A DNA stretch of 64,000 bases from Tubiluchus corallicola (lineage: Eukaryota; Animalia; Priapulida): assembly GCA_030141605.1 (NCBI GenBank), contig JAQGDQ010000718.1, forward strand, positions 44,170 to 108,169, in the 5' to 3' direction. Below are positions 26,380-56,761 of this stretch, in pieces. How positions within the stretch are numbered: position 1 is the stretch's first letter; each line of letters starts with the position of its first letter. The notes beneath the pieces are model-generated. The model had not been told where the DNA came from and did no database searches. It saw only the letters and a program-made list of their open reading frames with translations. The translations under genes were made by a program, and so were the position numbers.

Positions 26380-27620
26380 GGACACACGAGTTAGAGACAA
26401 ATATGTAGTCTTTGTCTATAGTGGAGACAGAGAGTGTGACTTTGCAAGCATCAAAGTACAGTGGACACACGAGTTAGAGACAAATGTGTAGTCTTTGTCT
26501 ATAGTGGAGACAGACACTGTGACTTTGCGAGCATCAAAGTACAGTGGACACACGAGTTAGAGACAAATGTGTAGTCTTTGTCTATAGTGGCGACAGACAC
26601 TGTGACTTTGTGAGCATCAAACTACAGTGGACACACGAGTTAGAGACAAATGTGTAGTCTTTGTCTATAGTGGAGACAGAGAGTGTGACTTTGCGAGCAT
26701 CAAAGTACAGTGGGCGCACGAATTAGAGACAAATATGTAGTCTTTGTCTATAGTGGAGACAGACACTATGACTTTGCAAGCATCAAAGTACAGTGGACAC
26801 ACGAGTTAGAGACAAATATGTAGTCTTTGTCTATAGTGGAGACAGACACTGTGACTTTGCGAGCATCAAAGTACAGTGGACACACGAGTTAGAGACAAAT
26901 ATGTAGTCTTTGTCTATAGTGGAGACAGACACTGTGACTTTGCGAGCATCAAAGTACAGTGGACACACGAGTTAGAGACAAATATGTAGTCTTTGTCTAT
27001 AGTGGAGACAGACACTGTGACTTTGCGAGCATCAAAGTACAGTGGACACACGAGTTAGAGACAAATATGTAGTCTTTGTCTATAGTGGAGACAGACACTG
27101 TAACTTTGTGAGCATCAAAGTACAGCAGACACACGAGTTAGAGACAAATATGTAGTCTTTGTCTATAGTAGAGACAGACACTGTAACTTTGCGAGCATCA
27201 AAGTACAGTGGACACACTAGTTAGAGACAAATATGTAGTCTTTGTCTATAGTAGAGACAGACACTGTAACTTTGCGAGCATCAAAGTACAGTGGACACAC
27301 GAGCTAGAGACAAATATGTAGTCTTTGTCTATAGTGGAGACAGACACTGTGACTTTGTGAGCATCAAAGTACAGGGGACACACGAGTTAGAGACAAATAT
27401 GTAGTCTTTGTCTATAGTGGAGACAGACACTGCGACTTTGTGAGCATCAAAGTACAGTGGACACACGAGTTAGAGACAAATATGTAGTCTTTGTCTATAG
27501 TGGAGACAGACACTGTGACTTTGTGAGCATTAAAGTACAGTGGACACACGAGTTAGACGCAAATATGTAGTCTTTGTCTATAGTGGAGAGAGACACTGTG
27601 ACTTTGCGAGCATCAAAGTA
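26380..27620. repeat. 83-bp satellite, about 15 copies
   Basis: Unit ggacacacgagttagagacaaatatgtagtctttgtctatagtggagacagacactgtgactttgcgagcatcaaagtacagt. Confidence 0.97.
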
Positions 27621-27784
27621 GTTTAATTGCTTTACAAATTGCCTTTGATAACTCAAAACGCCATTTTAATTGGCACCATCCTGACTAAGATCTGTTAGTG
27701 GTTTAATTATGCTTGGCTGAAGAGTGCTCACGTCATACAATCAAAGGTGTGCGCGCGCAACTCGACTATGGCGCAGTTGTTCTG

Positions 27785-28225
27785 CATAGAAAAAGACTTT
27801 GTAAATGTGGTAAACATATTGAAACTGCAGAACACATAATATTAAGTTGTGAATTTTACACACAGATGAGAAACAAGGTCCGTTGGCAAGGAGTAACTGA
27901 TGAAGAATGCTTGAGATGGTTGTTATTTGGAGAGGGAAAAATTTATGCAGTCTGCCTACTGAAGGACATAATGGTCAAAAGAAGAAGCATAGTGAATGTA
28001 TAACTTTAAAGCTGAAAAGATAAAGAGTAATATATATTTAGCTGTGCGTAACGGCGGTATAACATTTATAAACCCAAATTTGTTTTGTGTTGTTGTAGCA
28101 TTAGAGCAAGCATATGTGTGCGCCTTAGCGTTTTTGAGTAGAAATCAGCCTAGTAGTACAATATACATTGCTACTCGCCCTGATACAAAAGGGATTTAGG
28201 CACTGGACGGATGGATGGATGGATT
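27785..28225 (+). mobile_element. LINE 3' remnant with C-terminal zinc knuckle and (GGAT)n tail
   Basis: CKCGKHIETAEHIILSCEFY (CCHC) motif, then a stop, a UTR and a short GGAT repeat. Confidence 0.6.
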
Positions 28226-28230
28226 TCTTG

Positions 28231-29013
28231 CAGGCCCGGATAATCCTATAGGCGAGTATAGGTTGCGCCCTAGAGACCCTCGAGCTTGGGAGGTACTCAA
28301 GCACCCCGGATAATCCTATAGGCTAGTATAGGTTGCGCCCTAGGGACCCTCGAGCTTGGGAGGTCCTCAAGCAGGCCCGGATAATTCTATAGGCTAGTAT
28401 AGGTTGCGCCCTAGGGACCCTCGAGCTTGGGAGGTCCTCAAGCAGGCCCGGATAATCCTATAGGCTAGTATAGGTTGCGCCCTAGGGACTCTCGAGCTTG
28501 GGAGGTCCTCAAGCAGGCCCGGATAATCCTATAGGCTAGTATAGGTTGCTCCCTAGGGACCCTCGAGCTTGGGAGGTCCTCAAGTAGGCCCGGACGGATA
28601 ATCCTATAGGCTAGTATAGGTTGCGCCCTAGGGACCCTCGAGCTTGGGAGGTACTCAAGCACCCCCGGATAATCCTATAGGCTAGTATAGGTTGCGCCCT
28701 AGGGACCCTCGAGCTTGGGAGGTACTCAAGCACCCCCGGATAATCCTATAGGCTAGTATAGGTTGCGCCCTAGGGACCCTCGAGCTTGGGAGGTCCTCAA
28801 GCAGGCCCGGATAATTCTATAGGCTAGTATAGGTTGCGCCCTAGGGACCCTCGAGCTTGGGAGGTACTCAAGCACCCCCGGATAATCCTATAGGCTAGTA
28901 TAGGTTGCGCCCTAGGAACCCTCGAGCTTGGGAGGTCCTCAAGCAGGCCCGAATAATTCTATAGGCTAGTGTAGGTTGCGCCCTAGGGACCCTCCAGCGT
29001 GGGAGGCCCTCAA
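28231..29013. repeat. ~71-bp satellite, 11 copies, derived from a hAT MITE terminus
   Basis: Unit begins CAGGCCCGGAT; the array continues into sequence homologous to 8765-8900. Confidence 0.9.
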
Positions 29014-29294
29014 GTTTTCATAACATTTGGTAAAAAATCCGTTTTCTCACTGGGGTTGTGTTGAGATATGTGTTAACTTGGTTTCCAATAAAAAATAAAT
29101 TAGTGACATTTCCTAATGAATATTTTTATTGACAAACAAGAGATAGCTAGTTATTTTAGTTCTTGTACAAAAGATATTCTAGTTTATTGATCCAGTTAGC
29201 CTAGGCAATTTTGAAACCATGTCTTCTCTATGCAGACGATATAAACAACATATCCAGTCTTCCTTTTAATGATGACGATGATGATGATGATGAG

Positions 29295-29905
29295 CGTTTA
29301 CCACGTTAAACAGAGGTATACTGCAAGGAACACCACTAGGTCCGTTGTTATTTTGCCTATACATAAACAACATATCCAGTGTATCACAACACTCACAAAT
29401 ATCCAATACGCTGATGACACAACAATCTACATAGTCCATGAAAACATACAAACTGCAAAAAATTATTTAGAAAAAGATATAAAAAATATAAATATGGCAT
29501 TTAGTCATTACAAGCTAAAAATGAATAATGACAAAACAGAATTCATGATACTGTCACCCTCATTAAATACTAATGATGCATCATCAACCACTTTGACAAT
29601 AGATAATGCTGTAATCAAACAAACTAACAATGTTAAATTCCTGGGCATACAGGTAGACAATAATCTTTCATGGGATGAACACTTTAATAACATATACACA
29701 AAAATGGCATCTAGCACATCATATCTCCGACAAGTTAAAGGGCAACTAACAAACGAAACTAAGACACTAACATATAAAACTTTAATCTTACCACACTTCT
29801 TATATGGATGTATGCTACTTCAAAAAACCAAAAGAGAAAATTACTTAAAATTAAATCTCCTTCAGAACTATGGGTTGAGATTGATAGCTGGGTACTCATA
29901 CAAAC
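29295..29905 (+). mobile_element. LINE reverse transcriptase fragment (L2/CR1/Crack-like)
   Basis: QYADDTTIY, LKMNNDKTEFMI, VKFLGIQVDNNLSWDEH and TLILPHFLYG motifs. Confidence 0.9.
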
Positions 29906-29943
29906 GTAATAAGCGTAAGTTCTTATAATTCTTGGCCTTTGCC

Positions 29944-30488
29944 TTAAAGAAAAACCGGATGATTGTGTAAACACGAGTTCAGAATAAAGAATGCTTTAAA
30001 ATATTGAAAACTACAACAGCTTATTTTAAATCAAAGCTTAGATTAAATAATAATTACCACGGATACACAAATTTCGTTGAACTTTCAAAGTTACGTGCGG
30101 CTCAGTGAATCCACTAAGATTGGCAGCGGCGCCTTTTTGTCACATTCGCGTGGCCGATAAATTGAAGGCGGTACCGTGACAACCACGATCATGAACTGCT
30201 GTGTTAGTTTCTGATATAGAGCCCATTTTTGTTACAGCATGCATTTAAACAGTACTGTAAAACTTATGCAAACGTGCTTGATGCGCAAGGGAGATGCCTG
30301 CCGTTGCACAAATTGTGGTTAGTTTCTGACGTAAGCGATAGCTGTGTTCATTTGCCGTTAGTTAACTTTCTAAGCTAATTATTCAAATGTTGGAAACAAT
30401 TGTTAACTTTAATAGGCAAGAAAATGTATATTTTGGACAGTAAATTAAAACGAGATTGAGTCTAAACAATCGTCCGGTCCTCCGTTAA
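29944..30488 (+). mobile_element. TTAA-flanked MITE family B, copy 1
   Basis: TTAA-AGAAAAACCGGATGATTGT...ACAATCGTCCGGTCCTCCG-TTAA; three collinear copies in the window. Confidence 0.85.
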
Positions 30489-31019
30489 ACTTTTAATTCT
30501 CATTCGTTCTTACTGTTATTTCTTAGCAAACAAGGAATTGCATAGATAATTTTATTTAGTGATTAGTAATTAAATTAACAAACTCTATTACAATTCATTA
30601 TTTTCTGCAGGTAATAAAGTCGGAGTTTCTTTGAAATTATCTGGACTGCAGGCTGGAAAGACAAGAGAAAATGAAAATGTAATTGGATTTACTCATATTG
30701 CAAGAAAATGCGTTTGCAAGAAGTTTTTTACTTGGCAAAATAGCGTGAGCAAATCTTTTTGACAAAGAGTATGTCTTCTGATAATGGACTTGAAGTTCTC
30801 TTTGCATGGAAGGAACAGATTACGCTGTGTTGGGTAATAATGCGGTTATGATGATGATACGACTGTGAGTTTATGTGTTATCGTCACGTTGACAAACAAG
30901 CAGTTGTTAAGAAATGCAAAAAAACACATAGAAACCCAATGTATGAATTCTCTGAAATGTTAAGGTAAATAGTTGCTTCACAAAAGTTTTTAAATTTTAA
31001 TCAGTTTAACATGAAAAGA

Positions 31020-31547
31020 CTTTTGGTGATCAAAAGAGGCACATGGTGTAACCAAAAGTAGGCAATTTTGGCGAAATTTCATTCAGGTAAATCATTGTTC
31101 AGTCCAACGTGAAAACGATTTTTGCTGTTCAAAAGAGACGAAAATGTCACTAAAACCAGACAATTTTGGTGACATTTCGATCAGGTAAATCAATATTCAG
31201 TCAGACGTGAAAGCGGTTCTTGGTGTCCAAAAGAGACGCAAAATGTAACTAAAAGTAGAGAATTTTGGTGGAAATTCTATTAATTAAATAAATTTTACGA
31301 CTCTTGGTGACAAAAAAGACGCAAAATGTAACTAAAAGTAGAGAATTTTGGTGGAAATTCTATTAATTAAATAAATTTTACGACTCTTGGTGACAAAAAA
31401 GACGCAAAATGTAACTAAAAGTAGACAATTCTGGTGAAAATTCTATTAGTTAAATAAATTGTACCACTCTTGGTGACAAAAAAGACGTAAAATGTAACCA
31501 AAAGTAGACAATTTTGGTGGGAATTCCAATCAGGTAAATCACTGTTG
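31020..31547. repeat. Degenerate ~85-110-bp tandem repeat ending about 18 nt before the GPCR ATG
   Basis: Recurring ggtg.caaaa.agacg.aaaatgtaactaaaagtaga.aattttggtg (about 6 units). Confidence 0.85.
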
Positions 31548-31564
31548 ACGATCAACTCGCATAA

Positions 31565-48889
<17,325 letters not shown>

Positions 48890-48986
48890 ATTTCAGTAAA
48901 TTTGAGTCAGATTATTCGGTTTGAGAAATTACATAATAAACTTTCTTACTCATTGGCGTCGATCCCAAGTTACTAACATCGGTTTA

Positions 48987-49535
48987 ATAAAGGAAAACCG
49001 GATGATTGTGTCAACACGAGTTCAAAATAAAGAATGCTCTAAAATATTGAAAACTACAATAGCTTATTTTAAATGAAAGCTTAGATTAAATAATAATTAC
49101 CCCGGATACTCAAATGTCGTTAAACCTTCAAAGCTACGCGCGTCTCAGTGAATCAACTAAGACTGGCAGCGGCACCTTTTTGTCACATTCGCGTGGCCGA
49201 CAAATAAAAGGCGGTACCGTGATAAGCACGATCATGAACTGCAGTGTTAATTTCTGACGTTATATGATGTAGAGCCCATATCCGCGACTTCAAGCGTTTC
49301 AGCAGTAACATTTACGCAAACGTGCTTGATGCGTAAGAGAAGATGCCTGCCATTGCACAAACTGTGGTTAGTTTCTGACGTAAGCAATGGCTGTGTTCGG
49401 TTGCCGTTAATCAACTTTTTAAGCTAATTATTCAAGGAACAATTGCTAACCTTTTTTTGTAGGCAAGAAAATGTATATTTTGGACAGTAAATTAAAATGA
49501 GATTGAGTCTAAACAATCGTCCGGTCTTGCCTTAA
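48987..49535 (+). mobile_element. TTAA-flanked MITE family B, copy 2 (about 100 bp after the GPCR stop)
   Basis: ATAA-AGGAAAACCGGATGATTGT...ACAATCGTCCGGTCTTGCC-TTAA. Confidence 0.85.
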
Positions 49536-49999
49536 ACTGCTCAGTTTAATAAGTCTCTGTTATGCTCAGTTAAAATATCTAGCATAAAACAAAATCGAAT
49601 GTGAAAGTATGATTTAACAAATTTTAGCAGAAGTCACGAATGGTTGACATTGGGGAAGGGAGAGGGCGCTACAAGAGGCAAATTATAAAAGAATGAAGGA
49701 ATGAACTACCAAATTTACAAATAATAGATAGGAATGACTAGATTTTGTGGGGAACATGGCTGACCTGGGTAAATGATTCCATCAGCCAAGTTTTTTCAAA
49801 GATTTGAAAACTTTTTAAAGTCATACTAAGGTTCTAGCAGCAGGTTACAACTAATCTATGGTAAATAGATTATGGTCTATAATCTAATCTATGGTCTATA
49901 CTAAACTGTAGCATAAAACAGGGAAGATGGAACAGAGGTACAGTGTATTGTACTAAAATTAGGCCAACTTAGGCAAGTTGATTGCAGATGAAGAGCATA

Positions 50000-50309
50000 T
50001 TCTCTTCTCTCCTCTCCTCTCCTCTCCTCTCCTCTCCTCTCCTCTCCTCTCCTCTCCTCTCCTCTTCTCTTCTCTTCTCTTCTCTTCTCTTCTCTTCTCT
50101 TCTCTTCTCTCCTCTCTTGTCCCCCTCTTCTCCCATCCCCTTCCTCTCCTCTTCCTCCCTCCCTCCCTCTCTTCTCGTCTCCTCTTCTCTTGTTTTCTCT
50201 CCTTATTCTCTCCCCCCGCTCAATGATATATTTTAATTTTGTAGAAAGACAGACAGACAGACAGACAAACAGACAACAGACAGACAGACAGATAGACAGA
50301 CAGACAGAA

Positions 50310-50350
<41 letters not shown>
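50000..50350. repeat. (TCTCC/TCTTC)n followed by (GACA)n
   Basis: Seen directly. Confidence 0.93.
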
Positions 50351-51270
50351 CTGTGGGACATTATGTAACTGTTCGGTCTGGTAAATTAAATACCGGTACT
50401 GCTACAAAATGAGAATACGTTTTCCTGTTTGAGCCAATACATTATACTTTTCTTCAAGTCAAAGTTTGGTGACTGTTTTGCTGGAAAGGTTTACCACATT
50501 TTTGTACAGGTGGTGCTTCACACTAGCCTTGTGAAAAACGTGACTGTCAAGCTACGTATCCTCGCCAGAGAATCGTCCATTCGTTTTGAATCAGTTCAGT
50601 GAATGGACCTGCTGTAAATAATGTAAAATTTCTTTGTTCTAATGATGCTATAGCGTGTAGAATCGAATTTATTTTGCAGAATAAAAATATTTATTTACTT
50701 AATCACAAATTAACGTATGTTCTATATTTATAAAGTTTAGTTAGTGATTACTCTAGCGTCAAGAATTCAATTCTTGTAAATTCCTGATTAGTTGGAGAGA
50801 GAATCAGGCTTGCGTAAATCCTGAGGGCTGTGTGGTCTAATTTGCATGAAATTAGCAAAGATACCAGGTTCGATACCAGGTTCGTTTTCGATTTTTTCTG
50901 TTTTAATGTTGGCCCAGTTTCCACTCAATAATTTGATGACCGTGAGCTATTTTCCTCATGCACTGAAATTGTCATGCAGTAATAAAAAACGTGTTTTAAT
51001 GTTTATTAAATGTAAAAAATAGTGTAGATTAGAAAATCACGAAATGTTTTAATGAATGACTGTAAAATCAAGTTTTTAATAAAATTAAAGTTTAATGTAA
51101 AACTTCTGTCTTTGTTGTCTAGTATCAAAACTCATACGTACATTCACGAATTCGTAGGGGTACGAGGCGGGGGGTGGTGTCAGGAGAGGCGATTTGCCCT
51201 TCCAGAGCTAAAAATTTTTACATTTTCAGGGCAAAAACTACTTATTCTTTGGACAATAATTGTGTGTGTG

Positions 51271-51308
<38 letters not shown>

Positions 51309-51362
51309 CGTACGTGCGTGCGTGCGTGCGTGTGTGTGTGCGTGTGTGTGTGTTAAACATAT

Positions 51363-51777
51363 TGTTCTGGGGTTCGACCCGGTAGATAGCCTTACGGCCC
51401 GCCATTGGGGATGTGGGTAACTGCTGCATAACGGACACTCCAGAAATTTAAAAAAAAGAAACAACAAAACCAAAACTTAGAATTCAAAAGGGACGGCTGA
51501 GAAGAACAACACAATAGAAAAAACATAACCTGATGACAATGCTTCAAACCTTACGGAATCCACGACACTCGGCAGGCAGACAGGAGAAGTGCATTCCACG
51601 ACAACCAGAAGACAACTGACGATGTCACGTGTTCGTTCTTTCCACAGGAAACCACTGCTCAACAGGTAATGTTATGGGCTTCCTAGTTTAAAGTAGAGGT
51701 CATAACATTACCTGTAGGCTGATTGGCCTGGTGCCTATGAATAGAACTGTATAATGCACTGTTCCCTGTTCAGCTCA
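51363..51777. mobile_element. Solo-LTR-like element, copy 2 (ATAT flanks)
   Basis: TG...CA termini, ATAT on both sides; homology with copy 1 stops at the ATAT flanks. Confidence 0.75.
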
Positions 51778-52212
51778 ATATTATAAACAAGTGGCGAAGT
51801 AAATAATAAAGTAAACAAAACAAGATTTGTGGGAAGGAACATATAAACAAAAGCCAACGACGAGTAATTTCAGTAATAATCGTCTTGTTTTCCTCACATT
51901 TACATAACTTATACCAGTTGCATCACATATGAAGATATATATGCACGTTAATACGTAGTATTTAAATCATAACAATAATAACAGTAACATTAAAGTGATT
52001 AAAATATCAAGATATCTTAGTTGGCATTATTTTGCTTAATTAATCAATAAGCGATGCTTTGGAGACAAATTAAAGGAAAGATCTATGGATTTATTCGCTA
52101 ACTAGAATTTTTTAAAAAGGAAAAATAAAACTAAAAAAATTGTTTAACGAAAAAAGTTTGACAGTGACGACGACTAGGATTTTTGTTCATGTAGAAAATT
52201 TTACGTTCGATT

Positions 52213-52948
52213 TTAAAGGAAAGGTTAACACTTCTGGGAAGTTAAGTTTATTTCCATATTCCCGAAAAATATTAGATGAATTTAGTAATAAAATTTTACT
52301 TCCATAAGTAACTCGTATGATTAATAAAATAACTTTTAAGTCGCGATCATCTCATGATTGAGGGCAACCAATTTGACCACCATTTTTCCACCAGTGACGT
52401 CATTCGTAGACTGAAGAAAATGTAAGCTCTGTGAAGGTACGCGTTGAGAAATTTCTACAGTTTGCTTAGAAATTCAGTTATTCTAATGTTGTGTTTAACT
52501 GTGTTTACCTAGAAATTAGGCATTCGATCAATTATGATCAAATTTTAAATGGTTGTGTTGCTTTAACCTACAGGATTACACCTTGGAATGTGTAAGCAAT
52601 TAACATTAATTGTGTAAGTAATTAGTTTACAGGTTTTTGTTGACTTTTAGATGCACATGTAAACTTGCCAGCACGTAGTAGGTACCGGGCTGGTTACTTA
52701 GTTTATAGAATTCGCTCTATAAGGTAAAAAGATTCTGAATCACCTGGCGGGATAAGTGTTTATGTTGCACGGTAACCGGATGACGCCATTTTGCGTCTAA
52801 AATGATCGCGCGCATGCGTAAAGTGATCACGACTTTATATTGATTTTACTAATTACACGAGATGCTTATCACAGTTCCATTGCTGAAACTTTCTAGCATT
52901 TTCCCCAAAATAAGATCAACATCCCGAGATACTTGGCTTTTGCTTTAA
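52213..52948. mobile_element. MITE family A-related ends (left end about 52213-52440, inverted end about 52820-52948)
   Basis: ttaaaggaaagg..cttctgggaagtta at the left; cttggcttttgctttaa at the right. Confidence 0.55.
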
Positions 52949-53064
52949 GGCGTCCGACTTGTAAACAAATACCAGTAATTTGTTGAACAAACAAGCAGAA
53001 AAATACGATCAAAAAATCTACAAACAAACAGTCAACAGCAATCTATAGAACAGTTATAAAATAT

Positions 53065-53400
53065 GAAATAGCCAACAGTTTAACAATAAAATTAATCATT
53101 TAAGAAATATTTGTTTGTTTCGTTAAATAAATACAGCATCACACATTACATAATTTCCGTTTAAAGGAGTAGATTATCAAATTTTCTTATGTGCTTACAA
53201 ATTTTTTTTAAAAAACAGCATTGTTCAAATGACCAACATTTCAACAAAAAATTAATCATTTAAGACATATTTGTTTGTTTCGTCTGTTAAACTTAGCTTA
53301 ACACATTAGATAACATTCTCTTATTCCATTTAAAGGACAGATCAACAAATTTTCTTATGCGCTTGCAAAAAAAAACTTATAAAAAACAGCATTGTTCAAA
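53065..53400. repeat. Diverged direct duplication (~160 bp x2)
   Basis: aaaattaatcatttaaga.atatttgtttgtttcgt...aaaaacagcattgttcaaa occurs twice. Confidence 0.75.
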
Positions 53401-54160
53401 ACTCGAAACTTTGAACTCCTGTATTAACCAGTAAAGTTGGTGTCTAAACGACAAGTTGTTTATTAAAAAACAAAAATAAATTCTCTAAACACATTTTCAA
53501 TCTGTAAAACTAAGGAAAGAAATAACAGTTCGTACCACAGCCAAAATATTACATTTACCTCAATGATAAGTTTAATGAGTATTTATATCTGAGTGGTGCA
53601 CATCGGGATCGTTCATCTCTGACGTCACAAGTACCTCTGACGTCACAAGTACCTTCTTAGCTGTTTGCGCAAATTATCTGAATTATTAATCATTTTCGTA
53701 TTTATCAACCCCAAACTTTATTGTAACACGTGCTCAGAACTCACCGTGACTGTGTTCGAGTGATGTCATGTCACGTGATCAGTCACATGCTGGCTTTTCA
53801 ATTGGCGGACTAAATGAAACATTCGCTTAAGATTATACTTAGGTGATATAATTTTTTATTGCGAATTTTCCAAGGCTTACTTTGGTTGGCCATTTTCTTG
53901 TCCTTTAAATAATGTTTCTTTTATATCGCGAAACCTAAGAAATACCAAGACTTAACTCTATCTTTTTCGTAAAATATTGTCATCTAGCTAAGCTCATGTT
54001 TAATTTTCCAGGTAACCCAATTAGTTACAAAATCGTATGTTAAACTTGGCAAACCTGCTTATAATCTTTGCTTTCAGAAAAACGTAATAAAAGTACTAAA
54101 ATCTCACATCGGACTTTTATGTATTTTTCGTACCACAGATTGGCTGTTGGTATTGCTCCA

Positions 54161-54715
54161 TTAAAGAAAAACCAGATGATTGTGTAAACATTAGTTCAGA
54201 ATAAAGAATGCTCTAAAATATTGAAAACTACAATAGCTTTTTAAATCAAAGCTTAGATTAAATAATAATTACCTCGGATGCTCAAATTTCGTTAAACTTT
54301 TAAAGCTACGCGCGGCTCAGGGAATCTACTAAGATTGGCAACGGCGCCTTTTTGTCACATTCGCGTGGCCGACAAATAGAAGACGGTACCGTGATAACCA
54401 TGATCCTGAACTGCACTGTTAGTTTCTGACGTCATATGATGTAGAGCCCATTTTTCGTGACAGCATGCGTTTAAACGGTACTATAAGAATCACGAAAATG
54501 TGCTTGATGCGCAAGGGAAGACGCCTGCCATTGCACAAAATGTGGTTAGTTTCTGACGTAAGCAATAGCTGTGTTCATTTGCCGTTAATTAACTTTCTAA
54601 GCTAATCCTTCCAACAAAAGGAATAATTGTTAACTTTTATAGGCAAGACAATGTAGAATTTGGACAGTAAATTAAAATGAAATTGAGTCTAAACAATCGT
54701 CCGGTCTTCCTTTAA
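54161..54715 (+). mobile_element. TTAA-flanked MITE family B, copy 3
   Basis: TTAA-AGAAAAACCAGATGATTGT...ACAATCGTCCGGTCTTCCT-TTAA. Confidence 0.85.
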
Positions 54716-54956
54716 GTGAGCAACTTCCCATCCACATAGAGGTGATTCAGTCTAATGTTCTCTTTTTTAGCTGTCCGTACACTTTAGCCTAAACAAACAT
54801 GCATTGCGAGTGACCAAAAGTCTGTGAGCAAGTGCGTTCCACAGTTTCAAAATACATCAGCAGTCTAGTACATAAAGTAGCACCACAAGTACATGGATCA
54901 GTAGGTAAATGGTCCACAATCTTTGCATACGTCATTTGAAATACTTTCAAGAAACA

Positions 54957-56518
54957 CGTTATTGCCTAGCAAAGTTGTCCCGCGCAAACTCAAGAATCGC
55001 GTTATTGCCTGGCAAAGTTGTCCCTCGAAATTCAAGAATCGCGTTATTGCCTGGCAAAGTTGTCCCTCGAAATTCAAGAATCGCGTTATTGCCTGGCACA
55101 GTTGTCCCTAGAAACTCAAGAATCCCGTTATTGCCTGGCAAAGTTGTCCCGTAGAAACTCAAGAATCCCGTTATTGCCTGGCAAAGTTGTCCCTCGAAAT
55201 TCAAGAATCGCGTTATTGCCTGGCAAAGTTGTCCCGTAGAAACTCAAGAATCCCGTTATTGCCTGGCAAAGTTGTCCCTAGAAATTCAAAAATCCCGTTA
55301 TTGCCTGGCAAAGTTGTCCCTAGAAACTCAAGAATCCCGTTATTGCCTGGCAAAGTTGTCCCGTAGAAACTCAAGAATCCCGTTATTGCCTGGCAAAGTT
55401 GTCCCTAGAAATTCAAAAATCCCGTTATTGCCTGGCAAAGTTGTCACTAGAAACTCAAGAATCCCGTTATTGCCTGGCAAAGTTGTCCCTAGAAACTCAA
55501 GAATCCCGTTATTGCCTGGCAAAGTTGTCCCATGCAGGCTGAAGAAACACGTTATTGCCTCGCAAAGTTGTCCCGTACAAACTCAAGAATCCCGTTATTG
55601 CCTGGCAAAGTTGTCCTTGCAAACTCAAGAATCGCGTTATTGCCTGGCAAAGTTGTCCCTAGAAATTCAAAAATCCCGTTATTGCCTGGCAAAGTTGTCC
55701 CTAGAAATTCAAAAATCCCGTTATTGCCTGGCAAAGTTGTCCCGCGCAAACTCAAGAATCCCTTTATTGCCTGGCAAAGTTGTCCCGTAGAAACTCAAGA
55801 ATCCTATCATTGCCTGGCAAAGTTGTCCCGCGCAAACTCAAGAATCCCTTTATTGCCTGGCAAAGTTGTCCCGCGCAAACTCAAGAATCCCTTCATTGCC
55901 TGGCAAAGTTGTCCCGCACAAACTCAAGAATCGCAACATTATCTGGCAAAGTTGTCCCATGCAAACTCAAGAATCCCGTTATTGCCTGGCAAAGTTGTCC
56001 CGAACAAACTCAAGAATCCCATCATTGCCTGGCAAAGTTGTCCCGCGCAAATTCAAGAATCCCTTCATTGCCTGGCAAAGTTGTCCCGCGCAAATTCAAG
56101 AATCCCTTCATTGCCTGGCAAAGTTGTCCCGCGCAAACTCAAGAATCTCATCATTGCCTGGCAAAGTTGACCCGCGCAAATTCAAGAATCCCTTCATTGC
56201 CTGGCAAAGTTGTCCCGAGCAAACTCAAGAATCTCATCATTGCCTGGCAAAGTTGTCCCGAGCAAACTCAAGAATCCCGTTATTGCCTGGCAAAGTTGTC
56301 GGGCGCAAACTGAAGAATCCCGTTATTGCCTGGCAAAGTTGTCCCGCGCAAACTGAAGAATCCCATCATTGCCTGGCAAAGTTGTCCCACGCAAACTCAA
56401 GAATCTCGTTATTGCCTGGCAAAGTTGTCCCGCGCAAACTAAAGAATCCCATCATTGCCTGGCAAAGTTGTCCCACGCAAACTCAAGAATCTCGTTATTG
56501 CCTGGCAAAGTTGTCCCT
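54957..56518. repeat. 42/43-bp minisatellite, about 36 copies
   Basis: Core ttattgcctggcaaagttgtccc...aaactcaagaatc. Confidence 0.97.
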
Positions 56519-56761
56519 ACGAACGGTATGTACAGTCAGTCGCTGGGTTCCAGTTGACCTTTTAAGACATTTTATGAATGTTATAAAACTGAGGGTCGGC
56601 TATTGCGGCTACCTCCACGGTGGGACTGGGGAAGCTGAAATACAGAAAACGATGATTATTAAAAAAACTCATTCAACAATTATGAACGATTACTGTCATG
56701 CTTGACTAAGCACGTCTGCATGATCTTATTTCCTGCATTTCTTCCTAAAAATTTTAACTGT

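Noticed and set aside
26380-27620. CRISPR-like appearance of palindromic tandem arrays (also 7340-8300, 28231-29013, 47897-48526)
   Set aside because: No unique spacers, units are wholly repeated, no cas genes, eukaryotic context.
30611-30964. Possible 5' UTR exon of the GPCR (ttttctgcag acceptor, AAG|GTAAAT donor)
   Set aside because: Splice-like motifs only; no coding signal and no transcript evidence.
55272-56705. 200-280-aa repetitive ORFs
   Set aside because: Read-through of the 42/43-bp minisatellite with frame cycling.
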